Positions 18,772 through 28,094 of a DNA stretch of 58,669 bases are shown piece by piece. Each line of letters starts with the position of its first letter. Positions within the stretch are counted from its first letter, which is position 1. The DNA is from a virus. Position numbers and translations under genes: made by a program. The stretch is taken from positions 1-58,669 of IMG/VR virus record IMGVR_UViG_3300005613_000075, one strand, 5' to 3'. The notes beneath the pieces are model-generated. The model did no database searches. It had not been told where the DNA came from and was given only the letters and a program-made list of their open reading frames with translations.

Positions 18772-20255
18772 TGGCAAATGATTTAACGACTAGAAATGGC
18801 GCGTTGTGGGTGCAGCCCGACGGGCCAAATACAGAGGTGGTATATCTCGGCAATCATGGGGCCGACGAAATCACAGAGGCCATGGGTGGCCTTGAATTGC
18901 TGCGTTGCTTTACCAGGGATGGGGCTGGTTGGGATGTTACCGGTCAGACGATTACTCCTCCCGATCCGGTGACGGTAACTATCAATACCAGGTTGCGCAG
19001 TGTGCGCAGCTATATGCAGAAGCTGGATTGTGCCTTCTCGTTGTATTTGCTACAACGTGACTGCGGAATGGCAGACGAGTTCAACAACTATGTCCGGGGA
19101 GATGTTCTTAAGGGTTGTCGAGTCACCGGCAAGACCAAGGGACCGGTAGCATCTATCGAAGAAGATGCCGAATCCATGCTATCTGTAGATGTAGCCGCCC
19201 ATCCTCCGGTACTCGAAATCCCCAACCTGGTAATAGATCGCCTGACGGCTGACACCTTAGCAGTCACCGGGGCTTACTGTGCTGTACCTAACCCGGATCG
19301 GCGTTGCTATGGCGAATGTGGTGACCAACTCAAGCGCGGTGAGCAGGTACTGATGGTGGGCGAGAGTGCTCCGGCGGCTTTGCTGGCTGAGTTAGAATTT
19401 TCGGCAGATTCGGGGGCCACCTTCACTGACACAGCCTCTGATCCATTTGCGGCCGGCATTGGAGCCAAATCCGGCACTCGGTTCCCGATGGGCCGAGATG
19501 GTTGGCGATGGCTGGTCTGGCAGGAGGTGGACGCTGCGGGGCAAGGCTATATTGCCTACTGTGATGATCTGTTGGGGACCGCCTGGACGACGGTGGCCAT
19601 CGGTGGGGCGGCGGCTGGCGAGGGGTCCATTCGGGGTCAGTCAGTATTCAGTCTTCATGGACGGTTCATTTTCCTGGCCGGAGCTAACGGTTCCATCTGG
19701 AAATCCACGGACTATGGTCTGACCTGGACGCAGGTAGAGGCGGGAGTGATTCATGCCGGGAACTACAACTGTGTGCACTTTGCTGATGAGAATTACGGAG
19801 TAGCTGGTGGGGCAGCCGACATCATTGCGGTAACCACCGATGGGGGGATAACCTGGAATGCAGCCACGCCCACAGGGTCTGGAGATGACATTCTATGTTG
19901 CTGGCAACATGACAAGAATCGCATCTGGCTGGGCACCGACGAGGGCAGTCTGTACTTCAGCCGGGATGGGGGCGTAACCTGGACGGAGCGCACTGGCTGG
20001 GCCGGGAGTGGGGTAGGAGATGTCACCGGTATGAGTTGGTATGATGACCATTATGGTTTCATCTGCTCGGATACTGCCGCGCCGGTAGGCACGGTGCTAC
20101 GCACCATCAACGGTGGCTATGACTGGGAAGCTATCGACACACCGACCAATGCCGGACTGACACACATTGCCTGTGTCGCGCCCGATCTGGCTTACGGTAC
20201 AGGGCTGGCGCAGGGTGGTAGTTCGGTTTACTTCAAGGTCAGGGAGTCAGCTTAA
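18771..20255 (+). CDS. Major tail protein (putative) fused to a C-terminal BNR/Asp-box beta-propeller-like domain
   Basis: Immediately upstream of chaperone and tape measure. At least 4 Asp-box motifs (STDYGLTWTQ, TTDGGITWNA, SRDGGVTWTE, SADSGATFTD) plus TINGGYDWEA. Confidence 0.55.
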   Translation: MANDLTTRNGALWVQPDGPNTEVVYLGNHGADEITEAMGGLELLRCFTRDGAGWDVTGQTITPPDPVTVTINTRLRSVRSYMQKLDCAFSLYLLQRDCGMADEFNNYVRGDVLKGCRVTGKTKGPVASIEEDAESMLSVDVAAHPPVLEIPNLVIDRLTADTLAVTGAYCAVPNPDRRCYGECGDQLKRGEQVLMVGESAPAALLAELEFSADSGATFTDTASDPFAAGIGAKSGTRFPMGRDGWRWLVWQEVDAAGQGYIAYCDDLLGTAWTTVAIGGAAAGEGSIRGQSVFSLHGRFIFLAGANGSIWKSTDYGLTWTQVEAGVIHAGNYNCVHFADENYGVAGGAADIIAVTTDGGITWNAATPTGSGDDILCCWQHDKNRIWLGTDEGSLYFSRDGGVTWTERTGWAGSGVGDVTGMSWYDDHYGFICSDTAAPVGTVLRTINGGYDWEAIDTPTNAGLTHIACVAPDLAYGTGLAQGGSSVYFKVRESA

Positions 20256-20338
20256 TCGCTGGCTAGCTGATGCGGCAGTCAGGTAATGATGATAGTCCCC
20301 CCAGTCATTGCCTGCTGCCGCGAGATAGGGGGGCCAAG

Positions 20339-20917
20339 ATGACTGATAAGTTACGATTGTTCGTGACCAGGTCGGGACGTGAGATACCGCTTCGACCTAT
20401 CGCAGTAGAGACGCTGGATGATCTGCAAGTGATGGTCAAGCGGGTAGAGGAGATACGACCGCCGACCTATACTGTCAAGATACTGGGCCGGGATGAAGAG
20501 GAAATTGAGCATGATCCTACTACGCTGAAGACGGCGGAGGATAGGATTGCTTGGGATGCCTATCTGGAGCGGGTAGAGCAGGCCAGCGAGGAATGTAACC
20601 GCAAGGTTACCCGGACTTATCTGATCTTTGGTATTGATATGGACCCGCCGGACGATGGCTGGGAAGAAGACTTTGAGTTCTGTGGCATACCTGTTCCCAC
20701 CGGGGCCAATGAACGCAAGGTCTTTTACTTTGAGCGAGTATTGCTGTCTGACCCGGTAGATCAACAAGCGTTTGTGCAGCGGGTGTATCTCATCTCGCAA
20801 TTGAGTGGGGAGGCACTGGCTCGTGCTGATGCCATCTTTCAGCGTGGAATGGCGAACGGCTGGGGGTTGGACACCGCTGGAGAAATTAACGGTCAAACGG
20901 GGCCGCTGGCGGCATAG
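20339..20917 (+). CDS. Tail assembly chaperone (G-like)
   Basis: Position directly upstream of the tape measure; ATG at 20339 after a G-rich SD; overlapped at its 3' end by a startless ORF. Confidence 0.55.
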   Translation: MTDKLRLFVTRSGREIPLRPIAVETLDDLQVMVKRVEEIRPPTYTVKILGRDEEEIEHDPTTLKTAEDRIAWDAYLERVEQASEECNRKVTRTYLIFGIDMDPPDDGWEEDFEFCGIPVPTGANERKVFYFERVLLSDPVDQQAFVQRVYLISQLSGEALARADAIFQRGMANGWGLDTAGEINGQTGPLAA

Positions 20918-21092
20918 TCAAAGATTTGGCGAGGTACATGCGGCTCACGAATGGGGTCTCACACCGTCGGAGTTCTGGGAGTGTTCAGAGATGGATCGAG
21001 CATTTATGGTTCGATACTGTGATACTGTAGGGCGTATGGAATCTTGGGAAAACGAGCAGATGTCGAGAGATTCTGAGAGGAAGAGTAAATAA
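20805..21092 (+). CDS. Tail assembly chaperone frameshift extension (T-like segment, no independent start apparent)
   Basis: The credible part (SQRFGEVHAAHEWGLTPSEFWECSEMDRAFMVRY...) begins right after the 20917 stop and has no nearby start codon. Its frame is +1 relative to 20339..20917. It ends at the tape-measure ATG. Confidence 0.45.
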   Translation: MGRHWLVLMPSFSVEWRTAGGWTPLEKLTVKRGRWRHSQRFGEVHAAHEWGLTPSEFWECSEMDRAFMVRYCDTVGRMESWENEQMSRDSERKSK

Positions 21093-23092
21093 TGCCTAAC
21101 CCGAATGATGTAGGCATACATGCCATTTGGGACAACAAAGACTTTGTGCGAGGCATGAAGGCTTACCAGACTGGACTGAAGCAGGCTGGCATAGCTACTA
21201 CTACAGCAGCTGCGCAAACCAACACTATGAGTACTGCCTCTCTGGGTATGGCCAATATTATGAAGTCAGTACTGGGGCCGGTCATCGGTATTTACGGGGT
21301 ACAGATGATGGCTCGCAGTGGCTTGGAGATGGCTAAGATGGGTGCCGAGGCCCAGCGGATGGATGTGGCTTTTCGGCAGATGGCAAAGCGGATGGGCAGT
21401 GATGCTGATGCTATCCTGAAATCTTTGCGAAAAGCATCTCGGGGAACCATCGCTGACATGGAGCTGATGCAAGCGGCTAACATGGCCATGGCTGGGGGAC
21501 TGGGTGCTAATGCTGAACAATTAGGCCAACTGATGGAAGTTGCAGCGTTCAAGGCCAAGGCGGCTGGTATCAGCACTGAGCAAGCCTGGAGTGATATGAC
21601 CAGGGGTATCGCCCGACGGTCTAAACTGATTCTTGATAACTTGTTCATCTACAATCTGAAGATGGACGAAACGACTAGTACCGCGGATATTATGGCTCAG
21701 GTTATCAGAGAAGGACAAAAGGATATCGCTGCCGCGGGTGGAGTGGCAGGAGATGCGGCTACTAAATTTGAGCAGCTTGATGCCAAATTACTGAATGTTA
21801 AGAGAACCATAGGTGGTATCATCCTTGACTTGGGGTTAATAACGACTCCCATTGACCTGACTATCAAAGGCGTGGAGGGTTGGGAATCTGTAGCAGAGTC
21901 AGTGAAGATTATTGACGCCTTTATCAAGGGGCGGAAGGGTGAAGAAGCTACTGGTATTCAGGATGTAGCGAATATCGCTCAGGAAGGCTTAGTGGCTGTA
22001 CTGACTGGCCCATTTTACCCTCTCGCTAAAACAGCCTGGGCTTTAGCCACTAAAGATGGTGTACAGGAAGGTATAGGCAAAGGTATTGCCGCTGGAATAA
22101 AAGCTCACGCTGGTCCTGGTATATCTGGTGGTGGCTTTGGGGGTGGGGTAATTTTAGGGGCTGGAGGACTCTTGTCTGGTGGCGCGAGTGGGAGAGCACC
22201 GGGCGCGAGAGAAGTAAATGCTGCATTGAGCTTTACAAAGGCAGTCGTTGCGGCGGGGGCAGCAATGGCAGGAGTAAGTCAGTCACTAAAAAAAGACTCT
22301 TACGAATTGTTTGTTAGCCAGTCACGGGCCAGGAAGGAATTCCAACGTAGTGAACGCCAGATTCTGGAAGATAACCAACGTGCTATACAGAATGTTATTC
22401 GGGACTTCCACGAGGCCGAGCGACAAGCGGAGCAGGCCTACTATCAGCAACGCACCGAGGCAGTTGCCAACTATAGCCTGACAGTGCAACGGGCAGAGGA
22501 GAATCATCAGCAGAATATGGCCCGGCTGCGACAGAGGTACGATATACAGCAGGAAGATAATATCCGATCCAGGGATGCGATAGCATATCTACGGGAGCGC
22601 CGCAATTACAATGTTGAACGGCAGAATGCTGAAACAGACTATGCTATTGCCGCCAAGCAACGGGCCGAAGACTTCGCCCTGCAACTACGCCAGATGGAGA
22701 CTGCTTACCAGCAGCAACAGAGGGAACGGGAGGCAAATTACCGACGACAGCTGGCAGATATGCGTACCGCTCAGGCCAGAGAGCGCAGCCTGCGACTGGA
22801 GGCCTTCAACCGACAACAGTGGGATGAGTATAATAACTTCATTGAGCAGGAACGTATTGCTGCTGGACATTACGATCGGGCGGGAGCGGCTTGGAATTCG
22901 TTCTTGGCCGGGATCGTCAATAGCGTCAACGCGGCCAGCTGGCCGGCCCGGGTGACGTCTCCGGCAGTCGCAACTACGAGTAGCCGGGCCGATATCAATA
23001 TGAATCTGACCGGTGGGGGAAGTTTCGATGCTGGTCTTAAAGCTGAGATATTGAGCGTTGTGAGAGACGTAGTAGGGAGGGCCTTTGCTTGA
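21092..23092 (+). CDS. Tape measure protein
   Basis: 666 aa, Ala/Gly-rich with a Gly-rich hydrophobic middle and a long Gln/Arg/Glu coiled-coil C-terminal half; follows the chaperone pair. Confidence 0.8.
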   Translation: MPNPNDVGIHAIWDNKDFVRGMKAYQTGLKQAGIATTTAAAQTNTMSTASLGMANIMKSVLGPVIGIYGVQMMARSGLEMAKMGAEAQRMDVAFRQMAKRMGSDADAILKSLRKASRGTIADMELMQAANMAMAGGLGANAEQLGQLMEVAAFKAKAAGISTEQAWSDMTRGIARRSKLILDNLFIYNLKMDETTSTADIMAQVIREGQKDIAAAGGVAGDAATKFEQLDAKLLNVKRTIGGIILDLGLITTPIDLTIKGVEGWESVAESVKIIDAFIKGRKGEEATGIQDVANIAQEGLVAVLTGPFYPLAKTAWALATKDGVQEGIGKGIAAGIKAHAGPGISGGGFGGGVILGAGGLLSGGASGRAPGAREVNAALSFTKAVVAAGAAMAGVSQSLKKDSYELFVSQSRARKEFQRSERQILEDNQRAIQNVIRDFHEAERQAEQAYYQQRTEAVANYSLTVQRAEENHQQNMARLRQRYDIQQEDNIRSRDAIAYLRERRNYNVERQNAETDYAIAAKQRAEDFALQLRQMETAYQQQQREREANYRRQLADMRTAQARERSLRLEAFNRQQWDEYNNFIEQERIAAGHYDRAGAAWNSFLAGIVNSVNAASWPARVTSPAVATTSSRADINMNLTGGGSFDAGLKAEILSVVRDVVGRAFA

Positions 23093-23513
23093 AGCAACTT
23101 GGAACACCTGCGAATATGCCTTGGGAACATCAGTAGCGACTTACAGCTATTTACACGCTATCGGCGTGCCGCCGCCGGATGTAGTGTTCTCCTCGCCCTA
23201 CGAGGTAGAAGAGCTGCGAGGGAATCTGACCTGGCAGTCGGCGGGAATCAGGACGGTTACCTGGCAGTGGAGCAATATCACACATGCCCAACTGCGACGA
23301 TTGCTGGCCTGCATCTTCACCTCGGAGACAGATGTTAGTGCCACCGGTTATGTACGAACCGATGTGCGTAATGCCTGGCTGGGCGGCGAGGCGGAGTTTG
23401 CAGATTACACCTGCGAGGTCAAACGACCCAAATTGGATGGGCAAGATGGACAGCCAGCCCCCAGTGCTACGACACAGTATCAGCAAGCTAAACTAACTTT
23501 CATTTTGACTTAG
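23085..23513 (+). CDS. Tail protein (distal tail-like, putative)
   Basis: Overlaps the tape-measure stop; 142 aa. Confidence 0.4.
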   Translation: MLEATWNTCEYALGTSVATYSYLHAIGVPPPDVVFSSPYEVEELRGNLTWQSAGIRTVTWQWSNITHAQLRRLLACIFTSETDVSATGYVRTDVRNAWLGGEAEFADYTCEVKRPKLDGQDGQPAPSATTQYQQAKLTFILT

Positions 23514-23520
23514 GAGAATT

Positions 23521-26500
23521 ATGGCTTATTCAGCACCGACCATGGCTACTATACGCAATGCCGAACGAGCCGATGCCTTGTGGTATCTGTCCGCTTTGGG
23601 ACGCAGCGAGTCACTGATGTGGAGTTGCCAGGTGAACAGCGCCACTATTGCTACTGGAGACAGAATCTTTGCTGTGGATACGGGGGTATTGCACAATGGT
23701 TATGTCTTCGCCGACTTTGCCACCAGTCCGGGACTGGCTTTGTACGTTACTACCGCTACAGGAGTAGAACGAGTCAGATTCAAGGGATCAGTCGATATTG
23801 CTCAACCGGTATCAGCCACGGTGACTGTGGCTGAGAATAACATTGTCTGGGCCGATGACCAGGTACTCATGCTGTATCACGATTACCCTGTCTTTCCGGT
23901 ATTTCCCCGCATTGACGCTGCCGGGGTATTCTACAAGGACTACGATGTCGCTTATACCGATGAGAACGAAGACCCTATCCCCGTGGCAATCATGGGGCCG
24001 GATTGGGCGGGGTTCCTGGTGGCGGGAACAGCGGTGGCTACGTTGGATGCTTCTGACAGTTATGCTATCAAGGCTGGAGCGACGGTCAATACTTGGGCTT
24101 GGGTAGCGGAACCGGCCGCCGGGGCGGTGATTGATGACGCGGTGGCAGAAACGACTTTTGTGACATTCTCCGCAACCGGTTTCTGGTGGATTAAGCTGAC
24201 GGTCACTGATGACAATGGCAAGAGTGACTATACCCGACGATTGTTCTGGGTGCACGATGCTTCGTATCCTCCTATTTTTATCAGTGGCTTCAGTTTCAAC
24301 AATACCTATGATAGTAGTATATCGACCGGCCAATTTGTGGTACGGGACGACCAGGCTGACGAAGATACCATTCCAGACGAGACTCGGCTACTGGTGTGGT
24401 CTGATGATAAACTGGACGGGATTCAGAGTTACCAGGGTGGCTGGACCGGGCGGCAGATGAGTAAGTGGGGTGGCTATGCTATAGGTGGTTCTTTACGCCG
24501 GACGCCTGGCCGGTCTGAGATGCAATTCGAGGCAGAGGGAGCTACATCTATACTAGACAGAAGTCAGATATATTCCATTGCTTTGGAATATGCCAGTGAT
24601 CCCTCAGCATGGTGGCAATATGGCGATGGCGGTATTACGGTAACGCAAGCTATCCATCATCTGTGGCGCTATCATAGCACCCTATTCAATGTTCGAGATG
24701 TGATCCTACCCACGAGTAATGCTCTGCGGGCCAAGTACGTCGAAGATTTCGAGAAGGACACCCTGTTGATGCAAGCCAAGAATCTGTCCTATGAGCATGG
24801 TATCTTTGCCAATGTGTGCTATAACGAAGCGGGGATTATCTATGTAGAACCAGATGCTCAAATATATCCGGTGGCTATCCCGGCCGGTTTTGCTTTAGAT
24901 AATGCTGATTGGGTGGGCGACTTGGAGATAGAATACCAACCGGTTAATCGGGTATCATTTTTGCAAATGAGTGGGTTTTCCTTCGATGGTATGAACTCAG
25001 CCGCCATTATTAGCAAAGCTCCGGGTGGCGTGATGGCTGATCGGGGGCAGGGCGGTATGGACATCGAGCGGCAAATACTGGAAGATCAGGCTGGGGCCAA
25101 TGTTCTGGTCGGTAGGGTGATGGCCAAAGAGAATAATAGCTATCCCCATTTGTCGATGGAGCTGACAGCAGCAAATAGCCAGACACAGGCTTTCCGGGTT
25201 GCTCCCCAACAATGGCACGATCTTACTATTGCTGCCGCTGACACGGTGCGAGGTTTGGACTGGAGCGCGGGGCAGGACCTGGTAGTGCGAGAGATCAGCG
25301 CTGAGTATACGCCAGGCAAATGCAAGAAGAGTATTATTTTTGAACCATATACCTTGGGGCCAACAGGTGTTACCGGTGACTATCCTATTACTCCAGAAGA
25401 GCCGCCTACTGAGGAACCGCCGGTGCCTCCCCCTTGGCCCCCTCTGCCACCGGAACCATCGGAGGTATTCAAGTATGCAGTGGTATTCGACAATACCAAC
25501 GGTTGCTACTGGACGCCGGATAGAGGGGCCAGCTGGACAGCCAGGAATACCGGCTTGCCCGCGACTGCATTTCTGTGCGGAATGGTCTTGCGAGGTTGGC
25601 AACAAATTCAGGGTACTAACGATCCAGAGCGGGCAATTTTGGTAGGTGGTGGAGATGGGTTTCTGGCTGTATCTCTCGATGCTGGTAAGACCTGGCAAGA
25701 CAGGACACCGGTAGATTTGCCCGCTGGGATAGATGTGTTTGTGGATTTGGACTGTCCCAACGACATCACGGAGACATTTTTTGCGCTGTTGCGTAATGCT
25801 GGTAGCACTAAAACCTATTTGGCTAAAACTGAGGACTTGGGTTTAACGTGGGTATATCACCAGATAGGTGGTGTGGGCATAACTGACGGCACGTACTACT
25901 ATGCCACCGAAGTAAATGACTGGGGCGGAGGAGAAGGGTACGAGAATATAGGCGGGGGTTGGTGGCGATATTGGTATAATGAGCTGGAGGATTTGGGTAA
26001 TTTGGCAGGACAGGCTGATGGCAGCTATGCCCGCAGCCACCATTATTCCGAGAATCATCTGGCCGGGACCGGCTCGAAGGGCTACAATATCCATGAACAG
26101 GGCTTTGTGTGCGATATGGGGGTAGTAGTGAGCGGCGTCGGCAGCCAGATTGCCCTGAAATGCGGCTGGGAGAATGGATTTAATGGTGCCTTCCCAGCCA
26201 TATATGTTGCCAGTACCGAAGCGGCCTATAATCTGGCCTGCAACTGTCCGCCCGGTACCAATCCCAGAACACTGGCTGGCTGGACTAACTTGGGCGGATT
26301 TTGCTGGACTTATAATGGAGCTGGCTGTCCTCACTCGCAAGGCCAAGCATGGGCCCCTTCCAAAACCACCAACTCGACCTTCCGTTATCTGATGATAGTG
26401 GCCGGTAATGGTACGATTGCCCAACCACCGGGTTCATTCTATTGGGACGGCGATGCTATCCGGGTGCTGGGAACAACCGTCACCGAAATGGACAGCCGGC

Positions 26501-27135
26501 CCTTTGGTATGGCTATTGATTTCGAGGACGGCACTCGTATTTATGTTACCTTTGCTAGCACAGACCCGGTGACTATGAATGAGAGTATTTATCTGGCGCA
26601 ATTCGATGCTGATATGGTTATGCAACATGCCTTTAGTCTGACGAATAGTGATAGTGTATTGGGAGCCTATCCTCGCACTGTGTGGCAACCTACGGTAGCG
26701 AATTTTGGAGATATTGTAGCGGTTCACGGTTCACAGGTCGGCCCGACTGGCTATGTAGGATATTCCACTGATGGGGGAGTAACTGTGGTAGATCAGACCG
26801 GGGCGCTAACAGCAGTCACAGATGTGACAGCCTTGGGAGCCAAAGGGGATGGGGCTGGGGCGGCTCTGTATTGGAACGCCTATACTGATACCCCGAATGT
26901 GTATACTGAAGATGGTGCTTGGACATGGGCCTTACAGGGGGCTACGCCTTTTGAGCCTCACCGTCGGGGATTAAGTATCGCCTACGACCTTGGTCTTACT
27001 TCATTACTGACCAACAGTGGGGCGGCAGCAGCCATGGCAGAGACTGCTCCAATGCCCTACAGTGGTTGGACAGACATTACCGATGCCTTACCAATAGATG
27101 GCGGAATAGTGTTCGCCGAATGGATAACGCCCTGA
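23521..27135 (+). CDS. Large tail/baseplate host-interaction protein with Pro-rich linker and BNR-like repeats
   Basis: 1204 aa; PPTEEPPVPPPWPPLPPEP linker; Asp-box-like TPDRGASWTA, SLDAGKTWQD, TEDLGLTWVY, STDGGVTVVD. Confidence 0.6.
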   Translation: MAYSAPTMATIRNAERADALWYLSALGRSESLMWSCQVNSATIATGDRIFAVDTGVLHNGYVFADFATSPGLALYVTTATGVERVRFKGSVDIAQPVSATVTVAENNIVWADDQVLMLYHDYPVFPVFPRIDAAGVFYKDYDVAYTDENEDPIPVAIMGPDWAGFLVAGTAVATLDASDSYAIKAGATVNTWAWVAEPAAGAVIDDAVAETTFVTFSATGFWWIKLTVTDDNGKSDYTRRLFWVHDASYPPIFISGFSFNNTYDSSISTGQFVVRDDQADEDTIPDETRLLVWSDDKLDGIQSYQGGWTGRQMSKWGGYAIGGSLRRTPGRSEMQFEAEGATSILDRSQIYSIALEYASDPSAWWQYGDGGITVTQAIHHLWRYHSTLFNVRDVILPTSNALRAKYVEDFEKDTLLMQAKNLSYEHGIFANVCYNEAGIIYVEPDAQIYPVAIPAGFALDNADWVGDLEIEYQPVNRVSFLQMSGFSFDGMNSAAIISKAPGGVMADRGQGGMDIERQILEDQAGANVLVGRVMAKENNSYPHLSMELTAANSQTQAFRVAPQQWHDLTIAAADTVRGLDWSAGQDLVVREISAEYTPGKCKKSIIFEPYTLGPTGVTGDYPITPEEPPTEEPPVPPPWPPLPPEPSEVFKYAVVFDNTNGCYWTPDRGASWTARNTGLPATAFLCGMVLRGWQQIQGTNDPERAILVGGGDGFLAVSLDAGKTWQDRTPVDLPAGIDVFVDLDCPNDITETFFALLRNAGSTKTYLAKTEDLGLTWVYHQIGGVGITDGTYYYATEVNDWGGGEGYENIGGGWWRYWYNELEDLGNLAGQADGSYARSHHYSENHLAGTGSKGYNIHEQGFVCDMGVVVSGVGSQIALKCGWENGFNGAFPAIYVASTEAAYNLACNCPPGTNPRTLAGWTNLGGFCWTYNGAGCPHSQGQAWAPSKTTNSTFRYLMIVAGNGTIAQPPGSFYWDGDAIRVLGTTVTEMDSRPFGMAIDFEDGTRIYVTFASTDPVTMNESIYLAQFDADMVMQHAFSLTNSDSVLGAYPRTVWQPTVANFGDIVAVHGSQVGPTGYVGYSTDGGVTVVDQTGALTAVTDVTALGAKGDGAGAALYWNAYTDTPNVYTEDGAWTWALQGATPFEPHRRGLSIAYDLGLTSLLTNSGAAAAMAETAPMPYSGWTDITDALPIDGGIVFAEWITP

Positions 27136-28082
27136 TGGCTATTAAGATTGTACAACAGGTGAGAACCGAATCAGCTTTGCAGCAAGCCATTCGTCGCCGA
27201 CTGGAGAAGCGCCGGGAGATCATTACCGGGGTCATGGTTGGCATTGACTATGCTGATGATCCTAGCGTATCCGGGCGACCAGGCTACGTTTGGGTACGTG
27301 AGTATGGTAAAAGCACGGAGGATTTTGGCGGGGTATTCCCGGTATTCAATTCTCGAGTAGAGAAGCGGGTCAATGTGCCGGTGCACATCGGGCCATCGCC
27401 TAAGAATCCTTGGCAGTTAGTAGTATTGGGAGTCGACTGGAGTGTGATGGCGACCGACAGTTCCTATGCCGACCATCCCTTTGACACAGCAGCACATGGT
27501 AACAGTCACGTTTATATGCCGGGCAAGCCCACACAGCACTATAGTACAGATGTAGTAGATATCACAGAGCGCAATCTGGGGCCGGGGCGGGTATATCCTA
27601 CCGATCCCATGAGTATGCTATGCGTGATCGCTCCAGTGAATTATCTGTACTCGACTTACGTGAAGTATTTTGCCGGAGGACTGACCATAGATTTTACCGG
27701 GCAAGTACCGGCGGCTAACCTGGCTCTATTGGCATTCATCTGTATAGATGGGGAAACTAATACTCCAGCATACCAATATAGCGACACCTTCGGCTGGGGA
27801 GCCTATGGTGATCCTATTCCGGCAGAAATTTTCAATCACGAGATCACCGCCGGGTATGTCCTGCTCAGTGCCATTATTCTTTACAATGGCATGACCGAGA
27901 TCAACGAGCGTTGCTTCACTTATGAGCGGCGTCCTCTCTTCCGGGCAGTGGCTAACGAAGAGGTCATATCAGATCAGACCCTAATCGAACGTCTGGCTGA
28001 TGGGACGGGGGCTTATGAGATGGTACTAGAGCGTGCTCCAGATGGCACTGGAGCTTATGAAATAGTAATCGAACCACTTTAG
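27135..28082 (+). CDS. Tail protein, hypothetical
   Basis: ATG at 27135 overlaps the preceding TGA; 315 aa. Confidence 0.5.
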   Translation: MAIKIVQQVRTESALQQAIRRRLEKRREIITGVMVGIDYADDPSVSGRPGYVWVREYGKSTEDFGGVFPVFNSRVEKRVNVPVHIGPSPKNPWQLVVLGVDWSVMATDSSYADHPFDTAAHGNSHVYMPGKPTQHYSTDVVDITERNLGPGRVYPTDPMSMLCVIAPVNYLYSTYVKYFAGGLTIDFTGQVPAANLALLAFICIDGETNTPAYQYSDTFGWGAYGDPIPAEIFNHEITAGYVLLSAIILYNGMTEINERCFTYERRPLFRAVANEEVISDQTLIERLADGTGAYEMVLERAPDGTGAYEIVIEPL

Positions 28083-28094
28083 AGGTGATGTAAT

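Noticed and set aside
26425-26470. Possible second DGR target (TTCTATTGGGA shared with TR)
   Set aside because: Only a 9-11-nt match, flanking sequence is unrelated to TR, and there is no adenine-specific mismatch pattern.
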